A stretch of 64,000 nucleotides of DNA from Octopus vulgaris (taxonomy: Eukaryota). The notes beneath the pieces are model-generated. The model saw only the letters and a program-made list of their open reading frames with translations. It had not been told where the DNA came from and searched no databases. The stretch covers positions 81,468,001-81,532,000 of the forward strand of contig OX597817.1 of NCBI GenBank assembly GCA_951406725.2, read 5' to 3'. The position numbers were made by a program, and so were the translations under genes. Positions 1 through 37,600 of this stretch are shown one piece after another. Within the stretch, counting starts at the first letter, position 1. Every line of letters starts with the position of its first letter.

Positions 1-337
1 GGTGGGTGTATGTATATATTGTGTAAATTTTATGTAGCCCCAAATATTTCATACACACAAGTTGCAACAAAAAATCCTCCTAGATTTATTATTCTTGATA
101 AACATAAGTGTGGCATGTAAAAAGCACCTCTTGAGTGTTGGGCCTCACAGAGGCAGTGTGGCTGATACCAGCATTGCATAACTAGCAACTGTGCTGGTGG
201 CATGTAAAAAGCACCTTTCAAGCATCAGGCCACATGGAGGCAATGACAAATTACCAAGACCTTTGGCAATATGTCAAGCATGGCATATTGCCAAAAGTCT
301 GTGTGTGTAAAATCTAGTGTCCTATGGTACATGTGAA

Positions 338-1500
338 AAAAATATTCTTCCTTGACAAGATAAATCACAATTAGTTTTAAGATATTTTTCATGAGCTTAA
401 CAAATGCTCATATATGTGTGTGTATATATATATATATATATATGCACTATATGTATACACACATATATTACCATAATGCCAATTACATCAATGAAATGGA
501 ATAGTGAGATATAGGGGTAAGAGTAGAATGGAGTAAACAGAAGACAAACGGCATCTAATTACATGTGTGTGTGTGTATGTAAATACACATACACACAAAT
601 AGTGTGTAGCAGGAAAAAGAAAACTTCCATATGTTTTTCTGCTGAACTCTGCCTTTAGCTAAGTTAGGAAGGTGGTAAAATTGTCTTCTCGTGGATGTTT
701 TAAAGTGGGGTTTTGTTTTTTGTCATCCTCATTTAATGTCCGTTGTCCATGCTGGCATGGGTTGAACAGTTTGACCAGAGCTGGTAAGCTGAAGGGGCTG
801 CACCAGGCTTCAGTCTGATTTGGCATGGTTTCTATGGCTGGATGCCCTTCCTAGCGCCAATAACTCCAAGAGTGTAATGGGTGCTTTTGCATGCCTCCAG
901 CACAGGTGTGACACCAGTATCTGCCAAGTGAAATCAGTCATGTCAAATACCGGTGTCATGCTGGTGACATGCAAAAGTACCCGTTACATCCAGCAGTAGA
1001 AATCATGCCAAATCAGACTGGAATCTGGTGCAGACCCCCTCAACTTACCAGCCCTGGTCAAACTGTTCAACCCATGCCAGCATGGACAACAGACATTAAA
1101 TGATGATGATGATTCAACAGCAGATAGTGTGTATTGGTCCAAACCCTGACCAAAAAAAAAAAAACCTAAAACATCCATGGGAAGACAGTGTTACCCCCTG
1201 CTTAACTTAGCTAAAGGCAGTTCAGCAGAAGGATGTATGGGAGTTTTTTTACACATACAAACAAATCTCAAATGTAAATAGACTCCATTTGTCTTCTGTT
1301 TACTCCATTCTACTCTTACCCCTGTATCCCACCATTCCATTGATGTAGGTAACTGGTATTATAGCAATATGTGTATGTACATATATATATATAGACACAC
1401 ACACACACACATACATTTATACATATGGGCATTTGTCAAGCATTTTTAATGGAAAGTATCTTAAACTGTGATTTATTTTGTTGATGAAGGATATTTCTCT
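338..1500. repeat. Long imperfect inverted repeat (arms ~338-850 and ~985-1500) flanked by ~33-bp direct repeats
   Basis: For example GGGGTAAGAGTAGAATGGAGTAAACAGAAGACAAA (~514) is the reverse complement of TTTGTCTTCTGTTTACTCCATTCTACTCTTACCCC (~1288). Confidence 0.9.
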
Positions 1501-1643
1501 TTTACTAAGTGTGTGTGTGCATGTGTAAAATCTTGTGTTCTATGGTACATGTGAATGAGATTGATGTTTTCAGAAATATATAAATTTGGTTTGAGAGTGA
1601 CAGTTGAGGTAAACCTAATATGTTTTAATTTCTCTTTTCTTAG

Positions 1644-25944
<24,301 letters not shown>

Positions 25945-26414
25945 TGGCCGCGGTGTTGCAGCCCCCCTTGTGGCAGGAACAGTAGGCTTGAAACAAGAAA
26001 GCAGAGGATACAACTAACTACCAGTGTACAAGGCTGCAGTGTCTGACCGGCGGAGAGAACCACAAACCACTCGACGATGATGACGTCTGCTGCACATAAG
26101 TGTCGCAAGTGTACTGGAGGTGGTGGAGGAGGAGGAGGGTGATGGTTGTGCAGTGAGTTAAGGACAGGGAGGTGCATGGCTACTAGTGCTGCAGGTTTGC
26201 TTGTTGCAGCTGTGTCTGATGTTGGGAGCTGCTGGTGCTGTCATCGTAGTGGTGGCAGCTGTGAAGGGTCTGTTGATACTTGTGAGCAAAAAAAAGAGCA
26301 TGCAAGCAAAACAACTCCTTATGCCTCCCCCACCCCCCAAGCGAGAATGAGCTGACAGAAAAAGCAACTGTGTGTCATAGCAACATAACAGGTTGGCAAA
26401 CCAGGCTGATAGTT

Positions 26415-26541
26415 GTAAGTATATACTCATAGAAAATGTCTAAGGTTTTTTATTTTTTTCTAAAAAGTCAAATCAGAAAAAAATTCGTCTAGAAATTTTT
26501 CATGATTTAATTTTTTAATTCCTTCATTTTCTATGATTCAG
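26415..26541 (+). other. Predicted 127-nt intron in the UPF1 3' UTR
   Basis: GTAAGT at 26415; AT-rich body between GC-richer flanks; T-rich tract ending TTCAG at 26541. Confidence 0.6.
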
Positions 26542-27584
26542 AAGGAAATAACAAATTTGCTCTGAGGAATATTTATGTTGGGCCTTAAATGCCTGGCTCA
26601 TAATGGGGCATCTTACTGTAATTGCTGCGAATCGGCTGGAGTTACCGAGTTGTGTGTGGCCACAGCTCCTAAATTACTACTCTCCATTCCCTCCTGCCGA
26701 CCAACTTCATTCACTTACTCCCTGTCGCTGTCACTGCCTGTCAGTCTCACTTGCTGTTTGACTACAGGCAGAACACACACTCTCTCACACACACACATGC
26801 ACACATACACACTTTTACCTTAGAAGCTGAAGACACAGACAGCAGACACTGCCCTAATCTGGATTCATGGCATATTTGAATTAAGACATCATCTGGCTTG
26901 AAATAATTGGGAAAATAAAAAATTTAAAAAAAAAAAAAGAAAATAAAGGAAAAAAAAAAGAAAAAATTAATTGGGAACTATCCTAAATTTGAAACCTCCA
27001 ATGCCACATGTAGGCAGACAGTGCAACTGTGCAGTACAGGACCTGTTAATATCCTGGACATAGCGCTTATTGGGGAGACCAGTTTTGATTCATATTTTTT
27101 TTCATTCTCCTTTAACAACTCCCATTTATTTTTTTTTAGTCTGTCTAAAATAGATATATTTTACTTTAGTTTTAATTTGAAATAATATTTTTAATATTTT
27201 ATATTATTTTTATTTACCCTTTCCCCAATATACTTCTCCATTTTAATCACACACATACACTTAGTTCTTTTTTTGCTGCTTCTAATTTTGGGTGTTCAGG
27301 CACGTTAAACTTTGAAATTCCCTAGTGAAACAAAATAATTTTCTTTATTCTATTGGCTGATGGAACAGCATCAACTTCCCTTTAGCTTCTGAATTTTGTT
27401 TGCTGCCTGAATCAATTGACACTTTCCTTACCATTTCTCAGTATAAAGGGCTTCACATTACTTGTTACTGGAAAAAAAAAAAACTTGTATTTGCTAAAAG
27501 CCATTTTGTCCAGCTTTTTTTTATATATTAAAAAAGAAAGTCCCCCATTACACATTTTAACTTTTGTACAATTTTGAAATAGGT

Positions 27585-27616
<32 letters not shown>

Positions 27617-28367
27617 ACACTGGCACTTTCACAGTGTTTTAACTATCGCTCCTTAATACCTATGTGTCTTTTAATATGGCCCAGACATGTAGGTTTTACT
27701 TCAGTTTGAATTAGTTTTTTTTTTTTTTTTTTTTTTGTGAGATGGGGTAGGTGGGTAGAATAAAAACAACCAGCAAATTATGTCTAAATTGTTTGTAACT
27801 AGGGTGCACTTTTCAGTGGATTTTAATAAGTATAGCTTTGTTTTGGATCTGTATTACATTTTGATTGTTATTAAGTGAAAAAGAAAATTATAAAAATGTT
27901 GTCTTTATTTCTCTAACAACCTTTTCTTTCTTAACTTTCCATTTGGATTATGTTGTACTTGAAAAAGTTTTACAAGTTGTTCAAACCATTTTTTTCTTTT
28001 CCCGACTTGAGCAGCTTTTATTAGGATTAAATTTGTATAGATTTCGTTTCCATCAATATTCCATATATGACAATTATTATTAATCTTGATTGATTCTTTA
28101 TTTTAAATGAGAAAGAAAACATGTTCTATTATTAATTACAAAGCTTCCTTTCATTGCTTTAAGCTGTTCTTTTCAGCTTTGAAACTTGTAGCATAGTGTT
28201 TCCCTCCTTCCTACTGGATGTCTTAAGTAGTTCAGATTGAACCTATTGTTAAGTTATTAGTTGCGAGTCTTTTCAGCAGACTTCTTGCTAATTGTAGTCA
28301 GTAGAAAACTTTGCTATGGGGATTTAAAAGGAATTGTGCTTTTACAGTGTTGTGCTGTTTTAACGTC

Positions 28368-28373
28368 AATAAA
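28368..28373 (+). terminator. Candidate UPF1 polyadenylation signal AATAAA
   Basis: AATAAA followed by GT/T-rich sequence, at the end of a ~2.4-kb nearly TE-free stretch. Earlier AATAAA motifs also exist. Confidence 0.5.
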
Positions 28374-31080
28374 AGTTTTGAAATGAATGTTTTCTAGGTT
28401 ATTGTTTGCATGCTTTTTTTTTACATTTTTATCTCAGCACAAGCATGACTGTGTGGTTAAAAAGTTCACTTCTGAACTGTATGGTTTTGGATTTAGTCCC
28501 ACTGTGTGGCACTTTGGGCAAGCTCCAGGCTAACCAAAGCTTTGTGAGTGCATTTGGCAGATAAAAACTGTGTGTGTGTTTCCTTGTCTCAACATTGCAT
28601 GATAGTTATGAGTGTCACTATCATACTGGGAGTGCCATTCAGTTTCAATATTTTGCAAAAGCATCTCTGGGCACCAGAAAACATTATCTTGCTTGGAAAA
28701 GTGTGAGGACTGGTAACAGGAAGGGCATCCTAGCCATAGAAAATCTGCAATAAATGGACTGATCAACGTAAGCATGAGATAGCAGATGTTAAAATGATAG
28801 TTCATCTTTGACCCTTCAGTATTCAGATTACTCTGTCAAATGTAATGCTTATTTATTCACATTGTTTTGAATTGATCATGTATTATCTTGCAGCTTTAGG
28901 GTTTCAATGATGTGATTTGTTTACTTTTAGAATTACATTGTAGAGTAGATACAAAAGGCAGTATCTGGCTGGTTTAAGTATAAAACAGAATATTTGGGCC
29001 AGATATGGTAAAGGGTTAAAAACACTATTTAATATCTGCTAGTTATAAAGCTTTCATGACTGATTTTAAGAACATGTAATTTAAGTTCCGTTATATGTTA
29101 AGGTCAATATTTTAATGACCAGTGTCTAGTATATTTGTAGAGTGAAAGATATAAATCATTGTTTTTCAGAAGTTCAAATCCTGCTGAGAACCAATTTCTC
29201 TTTGGCCCTTTTGAGTTCGATAAAATATATTGCAATCAAGCACTGGAGTCAGTTAAATTGACTAAACATCTCCAACCAAAATCTGTGGCCTTGTACCAAT
29301 ATTTTTGATTGATCAGTTACTATTTTTCAATAATTTAAATCAACACCTTAATTTGCTTCAGTGAGTGTTAGACTCTACTTTCGCAGATTTAAATGTTGGG
29401 GAATATTTGAAATATTGTGTGCAGTCTCCCAGTTGAAAAACATCATGCTTGCAACAACAACAACAAAAAAAAATTGCTTGTGACATTGTAGAATGCTGTC
29501 CAACCAGTAAAATAAATAAACAGAAATACACCTCATCACTTACAAAAAGAACCATGCCATGTGTCTACATTGTCAGTATGGTTTCTACAAAAGTTTTCAG
29601 CCCTTCAAATACTGATTTTTATTTCTTACAATTGTAATTGTTTAAGTGGAAATTTAGATGGGCTAGCATGGCTCTACGGTTAAGAAGATTGCATACCAAC
29701 TAAGTGATCTTGTGTTCAGTTCCACTATATGTCACCTTGTGAAAGTGTTGTCTACTAAAGCTCTGGATCAACCAAAGCCTTACATATGGATTTGATGAGT
29801 GGAAACTGAAAGGAGCCTATCATTTATTTATGTATATGAGTGCCAATATTATAAAAGTTATATCATTCATTTCCAACCTTCCAGGAAAACATGTCTAACC
29901 ATGGGGGAAATATTACCTTACTTGGAAACAAGCAAGGATTGAGAACAAAATTAGCCTTTGGCTGTAGAAAATCCATGACAAGTTCTAATTCATACAAGCA
30001 TGGAAAAGTGGATTTTAGAACATGCTCACATTATAACCTGGAATATTTAATGCAATGCCATGATTTTAATATAAAATAAGCACTTGCCTAATAGCCTCAA
30101 TATTTTCTTAGTTCACTCCCCACCTCCTAATGCTGAATTAATCAACATGATATCCATAACAAGGTTATGTTTTGATTAGAGCTTTCTTTAAGACAGTTCC
30201 TCCGAAATTATTCAAACAAATTCCATTTCATTTGTGTAACCAAGTCACCACTTGAAACAAAAAAGCATGTAGATGTGTATTACACTGCTTTCTAGCTACT
30301 AAAAATTGGTGCAGGTAAACTACTAGCCTACATCCCTACAATCCAATTTTTTTTTTTTTTTTTTTTTACTATTGGACCCTGTATTCTTGTGTAAAAACAT
30401 TTAACTTTTTTGTTATATTTCTTATTAGAATATACTGCTTTTGTTTTAATGAATTTAGTAAAATAACTTTGCTATGTTAAGCTGATGCATAGAACCAATA
30501 AGCATAAAATTGTTGAAAAGCATTAACATAGATCACTTTAAGCCATGGTATTTAATAGAACTGGTTACAGTCTCAGGGCAGATTGGTATTGAAGGGGTTA
30601 ACATCCAACCACCTAGCTTTTGGGTGTCTTCAGCAGAGTCCACGCTGTTCTAAGCATTAAGACCAGGATAACTTTTCCCTCTTGTCTCGGGGGCCCTCCA
30701 GAAGGTCACCAGCACTACCATCATGACTTAGAAAACTTATTTTTATGGTTGACTAATTTAGATGTGGTGTAAATTCCTATTCATAAATTCTTTAATTTTG
30801 AACAAAGTATATAAAGCTATAAATATGTAAATCTTGACTTAAGACATTTGGATAAAAAAAAAAAATAATCAAAGGCTGACTGCAGGACTCAAAATTTTCT
30901 GAAATGGATTGAGAAATTGGAAAGATTTTGGTACAATGATAGAAAATCTGTCATGTTTACAGATGTGGGTTCTTGTCTTACAGGTAACCTTCTACTTTTT
31001 CTATCCAAACAGGCTTTTTAACCTAATATTTACACACTATTTCTAGCTTTTTGTGCTTTGAGTTCCACTGTTAAAATTCT

Positions 31081-31390
31081 CATCATCATCATCATCATCA
31101 TCGTTTAACGTCCGCTTTCCATGCTAGCATGGGTTGGACGGTTCAACTGGGGTCTGGCAAGCCCGAAGGCTGCACCAGGCCAGTCAGATCTGGCAGTGTT
31201 TCTACAGCTGGATGCCCTTCCTAACGCCAACCACTCCGAGAGTGTAGTGGGTGATTTTATGTGCCAGACGAGGCTGGCAGACGGTCACGCTCGAATGGTG
31301 TTTTTTATGTGCCACCGACACAGGTGCCAGACGAGGCTGGCAGACGGCCACGCTCGGATGGTGTTTTTTATGTGCCACCGACACAGATGT
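31081..31390 (-). mobile_element. Young RTE-tail repeat copy with internal tandem duplication
   Basis: (CAT)7 then CGTTTAACGTCCGCTTTCCATGCTAGCATGG; near-identical to the copies at ~24070 and ~50956. Confidence 0.85.
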
Positions 31391-31595
31391 AAAATATTTA
31401 GTAATTAATCTGAATAATTCAGGGTAATTCAATAATGTGATATTTTGTGAAAATCAATGGCAGACAGCAAAGTGGTTCATTGGTTTTTATTTTTTTTTTT
31501 TTTTCAATTTGCATAATAAAGAATTTCTTACACAACACTTAAATTAGAGCAATGGATAAAAGACTTTTTAATTTTGAGATTTATTAGATATTTTT

Positions 31596-31668
31596 TTACC
31601 ACCGTGGATGGTTGCTATAACGTGTCGGTGTTTGTCCTTGAACAGCTTGAGATACTTCTTCCAAAAAA
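31596..31668 (-). CDS. VPS45: VPS45 last coding exon ([24 protein letters not shown])
   Basis: Pyrimidine tract plus CAG acceptor; phase matches; conserved SFLEEV; TAA stop. Confidence 0.92.
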
Positions 31669-34600
31669 CTGGAAAAGGAAAAACAATTGTTTATGAAAAC
31701 TTAAGATAAATATTTGGGCATGTCTGGAAATTGTTATATACTGTTTAACCAAGTATCTGTTCTATAATAGCAGTGGTTCTCAACCATTTTTGGCCTATGA
31801 ACCTCACTGATTCTTATTTTACTCTACTGGACCCTTGTTAAAAAACATAAAAAAAAAGGTTATATTCTTATAGTTAATTAAGAATTTTTTTTTGTGTGTC
31901 AATCATTTGACTGCAGCCATGCTAAGATACTGCCTTAAAAGGTTTTTGTCAAAGAAATTGGTCCCAGGACTTGTTCTTTGTAAGCTTAGTACTTTATTGG
32001 TATCTTTTGCTGAACCACTAAGTTACAGGGACATAAACACACCAACATTGGTTTTCAAGTGATAGTGGAAAGACAAATGATAACACAGACACAAATACAT
32101 GCAGTGGGACTGTGTGGTTGAGAGGGTTCAGTTTCACTGTGTGGCACCTTGGGCAAGTATTTTATACTATAGCCTCAGGCTGATCAAAGCCTTGTGAGTG
32201 GATTTGGTTGACTGAAACTGAAAGAAGCCCGTCGTATATATGTTTGTGTGCCTGTATTTGTTCCCCCAACATCGCTTGACAACCGATGCTGGTGTGTTTA
32301 CGTCCCCTGTAACTTAGCAGTTCGGCAAAAAGAGACCGATAGAATAAGTACCAGGCTTACAAAGAATAAGTCCTGGGGTCGATTTGCTCGACTGAAGGTG
32401 GTGCTCCAGCATGGCCACAGTCAAATGACTGAAACAAATAAAAGAGTATACTTTTTCTGTAGAAGTGTAACAAAATTATTGCTCATAAACTTTAACAATA
32501 TCTTATATGGACCCTGGTTGAGAACCACTGTATTTACAGTTAGACATGTACAAAACTGGAAACTATTCTTTCGTATATTGTTTTAATCAACTGCTAAATG
32601 CAGTTTGATAGATTGAGGGGGAAAAAATGATGATGACCTTGATGAACTTGTCGGAAAGTTAAGAGGGGGCAGAAAGCAGGCATATAAAGTAAAAGTCAGC
32701 AATGAAGACGAGAAGTAGATGCACAGAATAGTGAACATTATGGTTCAAAGAAGGAGTAGTGATGGCAAATTTTGGCAAGCAATGAATTTTTGAAAGATTC
32801 AGTATCTTAACAGCTAACAACATTTCTAATAGAATTTAATCCAGTGATTTAAATAACTTCTATATCACAGCCATTCTGCTTTCATATTATTTATAGCTAC
32901 TGGTTTTTTTTTTAATTAAAAGAAAATGTTATTAACTATAAATGAATTTAATTTATTGTAGATAAATAAAACTAGCAGCAACTATAGAGAAGTTAGTTGT
33001 CTTTGTTGCTAAGAATGGCATGAAGAATAATTGCATTGTTTTCTACTCAGTAAAAAGTGTGTAAACATTTAATGTTCGTCTGGCATGTGTTTGATGGTTT
33101 GACAATCTTATGAGCCAAAGGACTGCATTGAGCTATGGTTGGATGCTCTTCCTAATACCACCTGCTTTACAGTGTTACTGGGTGCTTTTTCATGGCATTG
33201 GTAAGGTGAGCAAATAGCTCAAAAGACAAGGTTCCCAAACTGAGGTGTGAGTGCAGTAGTACTAAGGGGAGGTGCTTTGTGCCAGGTGTTGAGAGGTGGT
33301 AGTTTGTTAAGGACTAAAGAAGAGATACATGGCTACCTCAGCTGGAAAGAGAAAAAAGATGGTGTTAGGATGTACACTCAAGGTACTAGAAAGAGAATTG
33401 GAAAAGGTAAGTGCACAAGTGTGCAAAAGAGTGACAAGTGGTTAGAGATGGGGACAGAGATAAATGCAGTGAAAGTGTGGTCACTGGTGAATCTCAGGTT
33501 GTGGGAGGGGTTATAAAGTGAAGGATATATGGCAGTGGGTCAAGGAGGAGGTGATAAGTGACAGTAAAAAAGACAACAGCAACTGTATAATAAAACTTAA
33601 AAATAAGGAGATGATGATAAATGTCAGTGGAAAGAATGAGAGATGAACAAAATGGAGAGAGGACATTGAAGACGTGTGTAATGTTATTCAGATTGCAGTA
33701 ATCATGGAAGAAATTGCTTAACCCTTTAGCATTCAGATTACTCTGTCACATGTAATGTATATTTATTCACATTTATTTTGAATTAATTATACATTATCTT
33801 ATAGCATCAACATTTCAATGATGTGATTGGTATTTTTAGGACATTGTAAGGTAAATGTGAGAGGCCAGATATGATCAGTTTAAATTATAAAGGGTTTAAG
33901 ACAAGTATTTGTTATGCAAGAAGATACAGTTTCTGCTGGGTAAAAATCAGCAAATGACACCACTTTCCAGTTAGCTGCACATTTTACTAAAATCTTTATC
34001 ATTATTCTGCTGTTCATGGCTGGAATGCAACTGTTTTAACCCTTTGCCTGTCCAAAGCATTTTCAAAAGTTTGTCTTAAATGTCCTTGCTTGTTTTCAGA
34101 CTTTTAGATAGCCTTTGTTTCATATGTTCTGAATATTATAAAGCTTCCTTTTCATAAGTCCCAAGATATTCTGCTGGTCGAAAAAAGAATTAGGAGTGTG
34201 CATCATATATGATGCATGGACGCTAAGGAAATGTTTGTTGTGCGTCATATGATACATGGGACAGGTAAAGGCTCTGTTATCTTTTCGGTAATATAAAAAG
34301 TGAAGATCTACGAGGGGCGTTCAATAAGTAATGCCCCTGACCCACTTCCCATAGCAGTAGAGCAACGAAACTTGGCACAGCTATTAGTCTTTTTCTACAT
34401 AGGAACCACCCAGAGTTACGCATTTCTCCCATTGCTTGATGCAGCTCTGGAGACCGTTTTTGAAGACCCCAACCTGAACGTGACTTCAGAAATCAAGGCT
34501 GCATCATCTGGGAAACGCTTTCCTTTCAAAAACAACTTCATGACTGGGAAGAGGTGAAAATCAGAGGGTGCAAGGTCAGGAAAGTAGGGGGGATGGGGGA

Positions 34601-37600
34601 GGAGTTCATAGCCATATGCCTGTGCTTCTGATCTGACGACAAGCGAGTTGTGGACCGGAGCGTTGTCCTGCAGGAGGAGGATGCCTTTGCTGATCTTGCC
34701 CTGCCTCTTGATTTTGATAGCTTCTCTTAATTTCCTCAAAAGTGAAGCATAATAGGCTCCTGCAATTGTGGTACCCTTTGCCAGGAAATCTATCATCACT
34801 ACTCCGTCCTGGTCCCAGAAGACTGTGAGCATGACCTTGCCTTCTTTGGAGGGGGTGAGTCACGGTGTTTCCACTGCATTGACTGGGCTTTGGTCTCTGG
34901 ATCATCGTGATGGACCCAGGTTTCATCCTGTGTAATCAGTCTTTTGAAAAATTTTGACTCATCTTGGCACATCTCCAAATTCACCCTCGAGCACTCGACA
35001 TGTTCTTGCTTCTGGAAAGGCGTGAGCAACCTGGGAATCCATCTGGCAGACACCTTTTGCATATGCAAATGGTCATGAATGATAGTTTCCACAGACCCGG
35101 TACTAATCTTGACCTCATGGGCTATTTGGCGAATAGTTATGCGTCGATCTTCCAAAATGGCAGCCTCAACTTGACAGACAGATGCCTCATCAATGGCAGA
35201 AGGGGCGACCAGATCTGGGAGCTGTTTCCACAGAGTTCCAACCATGTTTGAATTCACGATGCCAGCGTTTTACAAGGTCATATGATGGGGCATCATCACC
35301 ATAAGTTACTTTCATTTCATCAAAAGTCTCCCGTGGTGTGCGTCCTTTCAAATACAAAAACCGGATCACTGCTCGACACTCAACAGGCTCCATTTCACAC
35401 TTGACTCAGTTCAAACACCTGTAAATCAGAAACCACAATTAATTCAGAGCTGTAATTTGTCACTTACTCTATAGAGATATAAATGATTGCACATGCAAAA
35501 TTTCAGCTAGATCAAACAACTGCAAGTGGGTCAGAGGCATTACTTATTGAATGGCCCTCGTAACTTCCTGGGTCATTTAGTTTGGAAGTTTCCAACAAAA
35601 AAAGGAAAAAAATTTTATCCGCTTTTCCATGCATGCATGGATCAGATAAAATTTGTTGAAGTAGCTTTTCTACAGTTGGAAGCCTTTTCTTTTGCCAACC
35701 CTCACCTATTTCAAAGTCAAGTAATATTTCCTTATGGTTAAGCAAGTTTTCATAGTATGTTTCAAATGAAGGACACCACTTATATGCTGATGATACAGAC
35801 ACATGTTAGTGGATTTGGTGTATGGAAATTGCACATAAACTATTTTGTGTGGGTGTGTATATATATATATATAATAAAATACAAAATGGGACAAGAACGC
35901 AAAACATCCAGATAGACAACACAGACAGGTCATTCAAAGCCTTTTATCTTCAGTCAAGAACTGGATCATCCTCGCAATTTCAACTGATTAATCTTGAGAA
36001 TGCTCCAATCTGGCCAGCCCCACGGAAAAACTAAGCTAAGAGCATTAGATTCCTTGGAAAAAGCAACGAATGTATACGAAACAAGGACGGAAAAACAGAT
36101 GATGTTACACGAATATAAATAAAAAAAACAATAATAATAGTAACAACAGGCGCCTTTCGACTGGGGACGAATTGAATTCTGCTGGCGTGTATGGGAATTA
36201 AGCCTTACGGCAAAGGGAAGTATATCGACATGGCAGTGACCACAGTCAAATGCTAAAGGGCTAGCAGTCGGCCAACGGTCACGTGAGAAGAGAAGAGAGA
36301 GAGAAAAAGAGGAATTAAGGAGGGGAGAAGAGAGAGAGAGTGTGTGTAGAAGTAGTTAGACTGAAGAATCAAGGAGTGCAAAGTAAGAAAGACAAAGAAA
36401 TGTGAGAGTAGGGAGAAAGATTTGAAAAAGTCGGACAAAATTTAGTGAAATGTGTACTTACATATAAGAGGACAAGGTGTACGTACGCTGCTATATATAT
36501 ATATATATATATACATAAAATAAAATACAAAATGGGACAAGAATACAAAACATCCAGAGAGACAATACAAAAAAACACGGACGGGTCATTCGAAGCCTTT
36601 TATTTTCAGTCAAGATATATATATAGATAGATAGATATATATATATAATATATTCAAGGTGGCGTGCTGGCAGAAATGTTAGCATACCGGGTGAAATGCT
36701 TGGCAGTATTTCGTCTGTCTTTATGTTCTGAGTTCAAATTTCGCCAAGGTCAACTTTGCCTTTTATCCTTCTGGGGTCAATTAAATAAGTGCTAGTTATG
36801 CACTGGGGTCAATGTAATCAACTTAATTCCTATGTTTAGCCCCCTGTGGGCAATAAAGGTAAATATATATATATGTGCATGGCTGTGTGGTAAGTAGCTT
36901 GCTGCTCAACCACATGGTTCTGTATTCAGTCCACTGCATAAAAACTTTGACAAGTGTCTTCAACTATAGCTTTAGGGTGATCAAAGCCTTGTGACTGGAT
37001 TTGGTTGATGGAAACTGAAAGAAGCTTGTTGTACATGTATACATATCTACGTATGTATGTCTGTGTTCGTTCCTCACCACCACTTGACAACTGCTGTTGG
37101 TATGTTTATGCCCACGTAACTTAGCCGTTTGGCAAGAGACCAATAGAATAAGTACTAGACTTAAAAAAAAAGTTCTGGGGTTGATTCATTTGACTAACAC
37201 CCTTCAAGGCAGTGCCTCAGTATGGCTGCAGTCAAGTAACTGAAACAAGTAAAAGATGTATACAATACTCGTCTTACAGTTGCTGTGTTTTGAATCTATT
37301 CACAAGGCTTTGGTCGGTCAGGAGCTATAATAGCAGACACCTATGGTGACACACAGCGAGACTGAACCTGAACTTCTATGGCTAGGAGGTCAAAGTACTG
37401 AGGTGTCACAAAGTCTTTCTCCACTGGTGAGCCACATTTTATGAACATGCATCATCAAAGGGAGGAGGTGTTCAGTCAACAAAAAGCAACAGCAATCGGA
37501 TATTCACATTCAAATCTGCCAGGATGTATTAAGATACATTTATTTTTTTGTATTTTCACTGTTACTGCATGCACGTCATGAATTATTATTAGATAAATAC

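Noticed and set aside
26044-26355. Selenocysteine reading of the in-frame TGAs downstream of UPF1
   Set aside because: The first stop is TAG, I recognised no SECIS, and the stop density is compatible with chance.
31121-31432. Recurrent ORFs containing [12 protein letters not shown] that look like a gene family
   Set aside because: They are antisense translations of the non-coding RTE-tail repeat.
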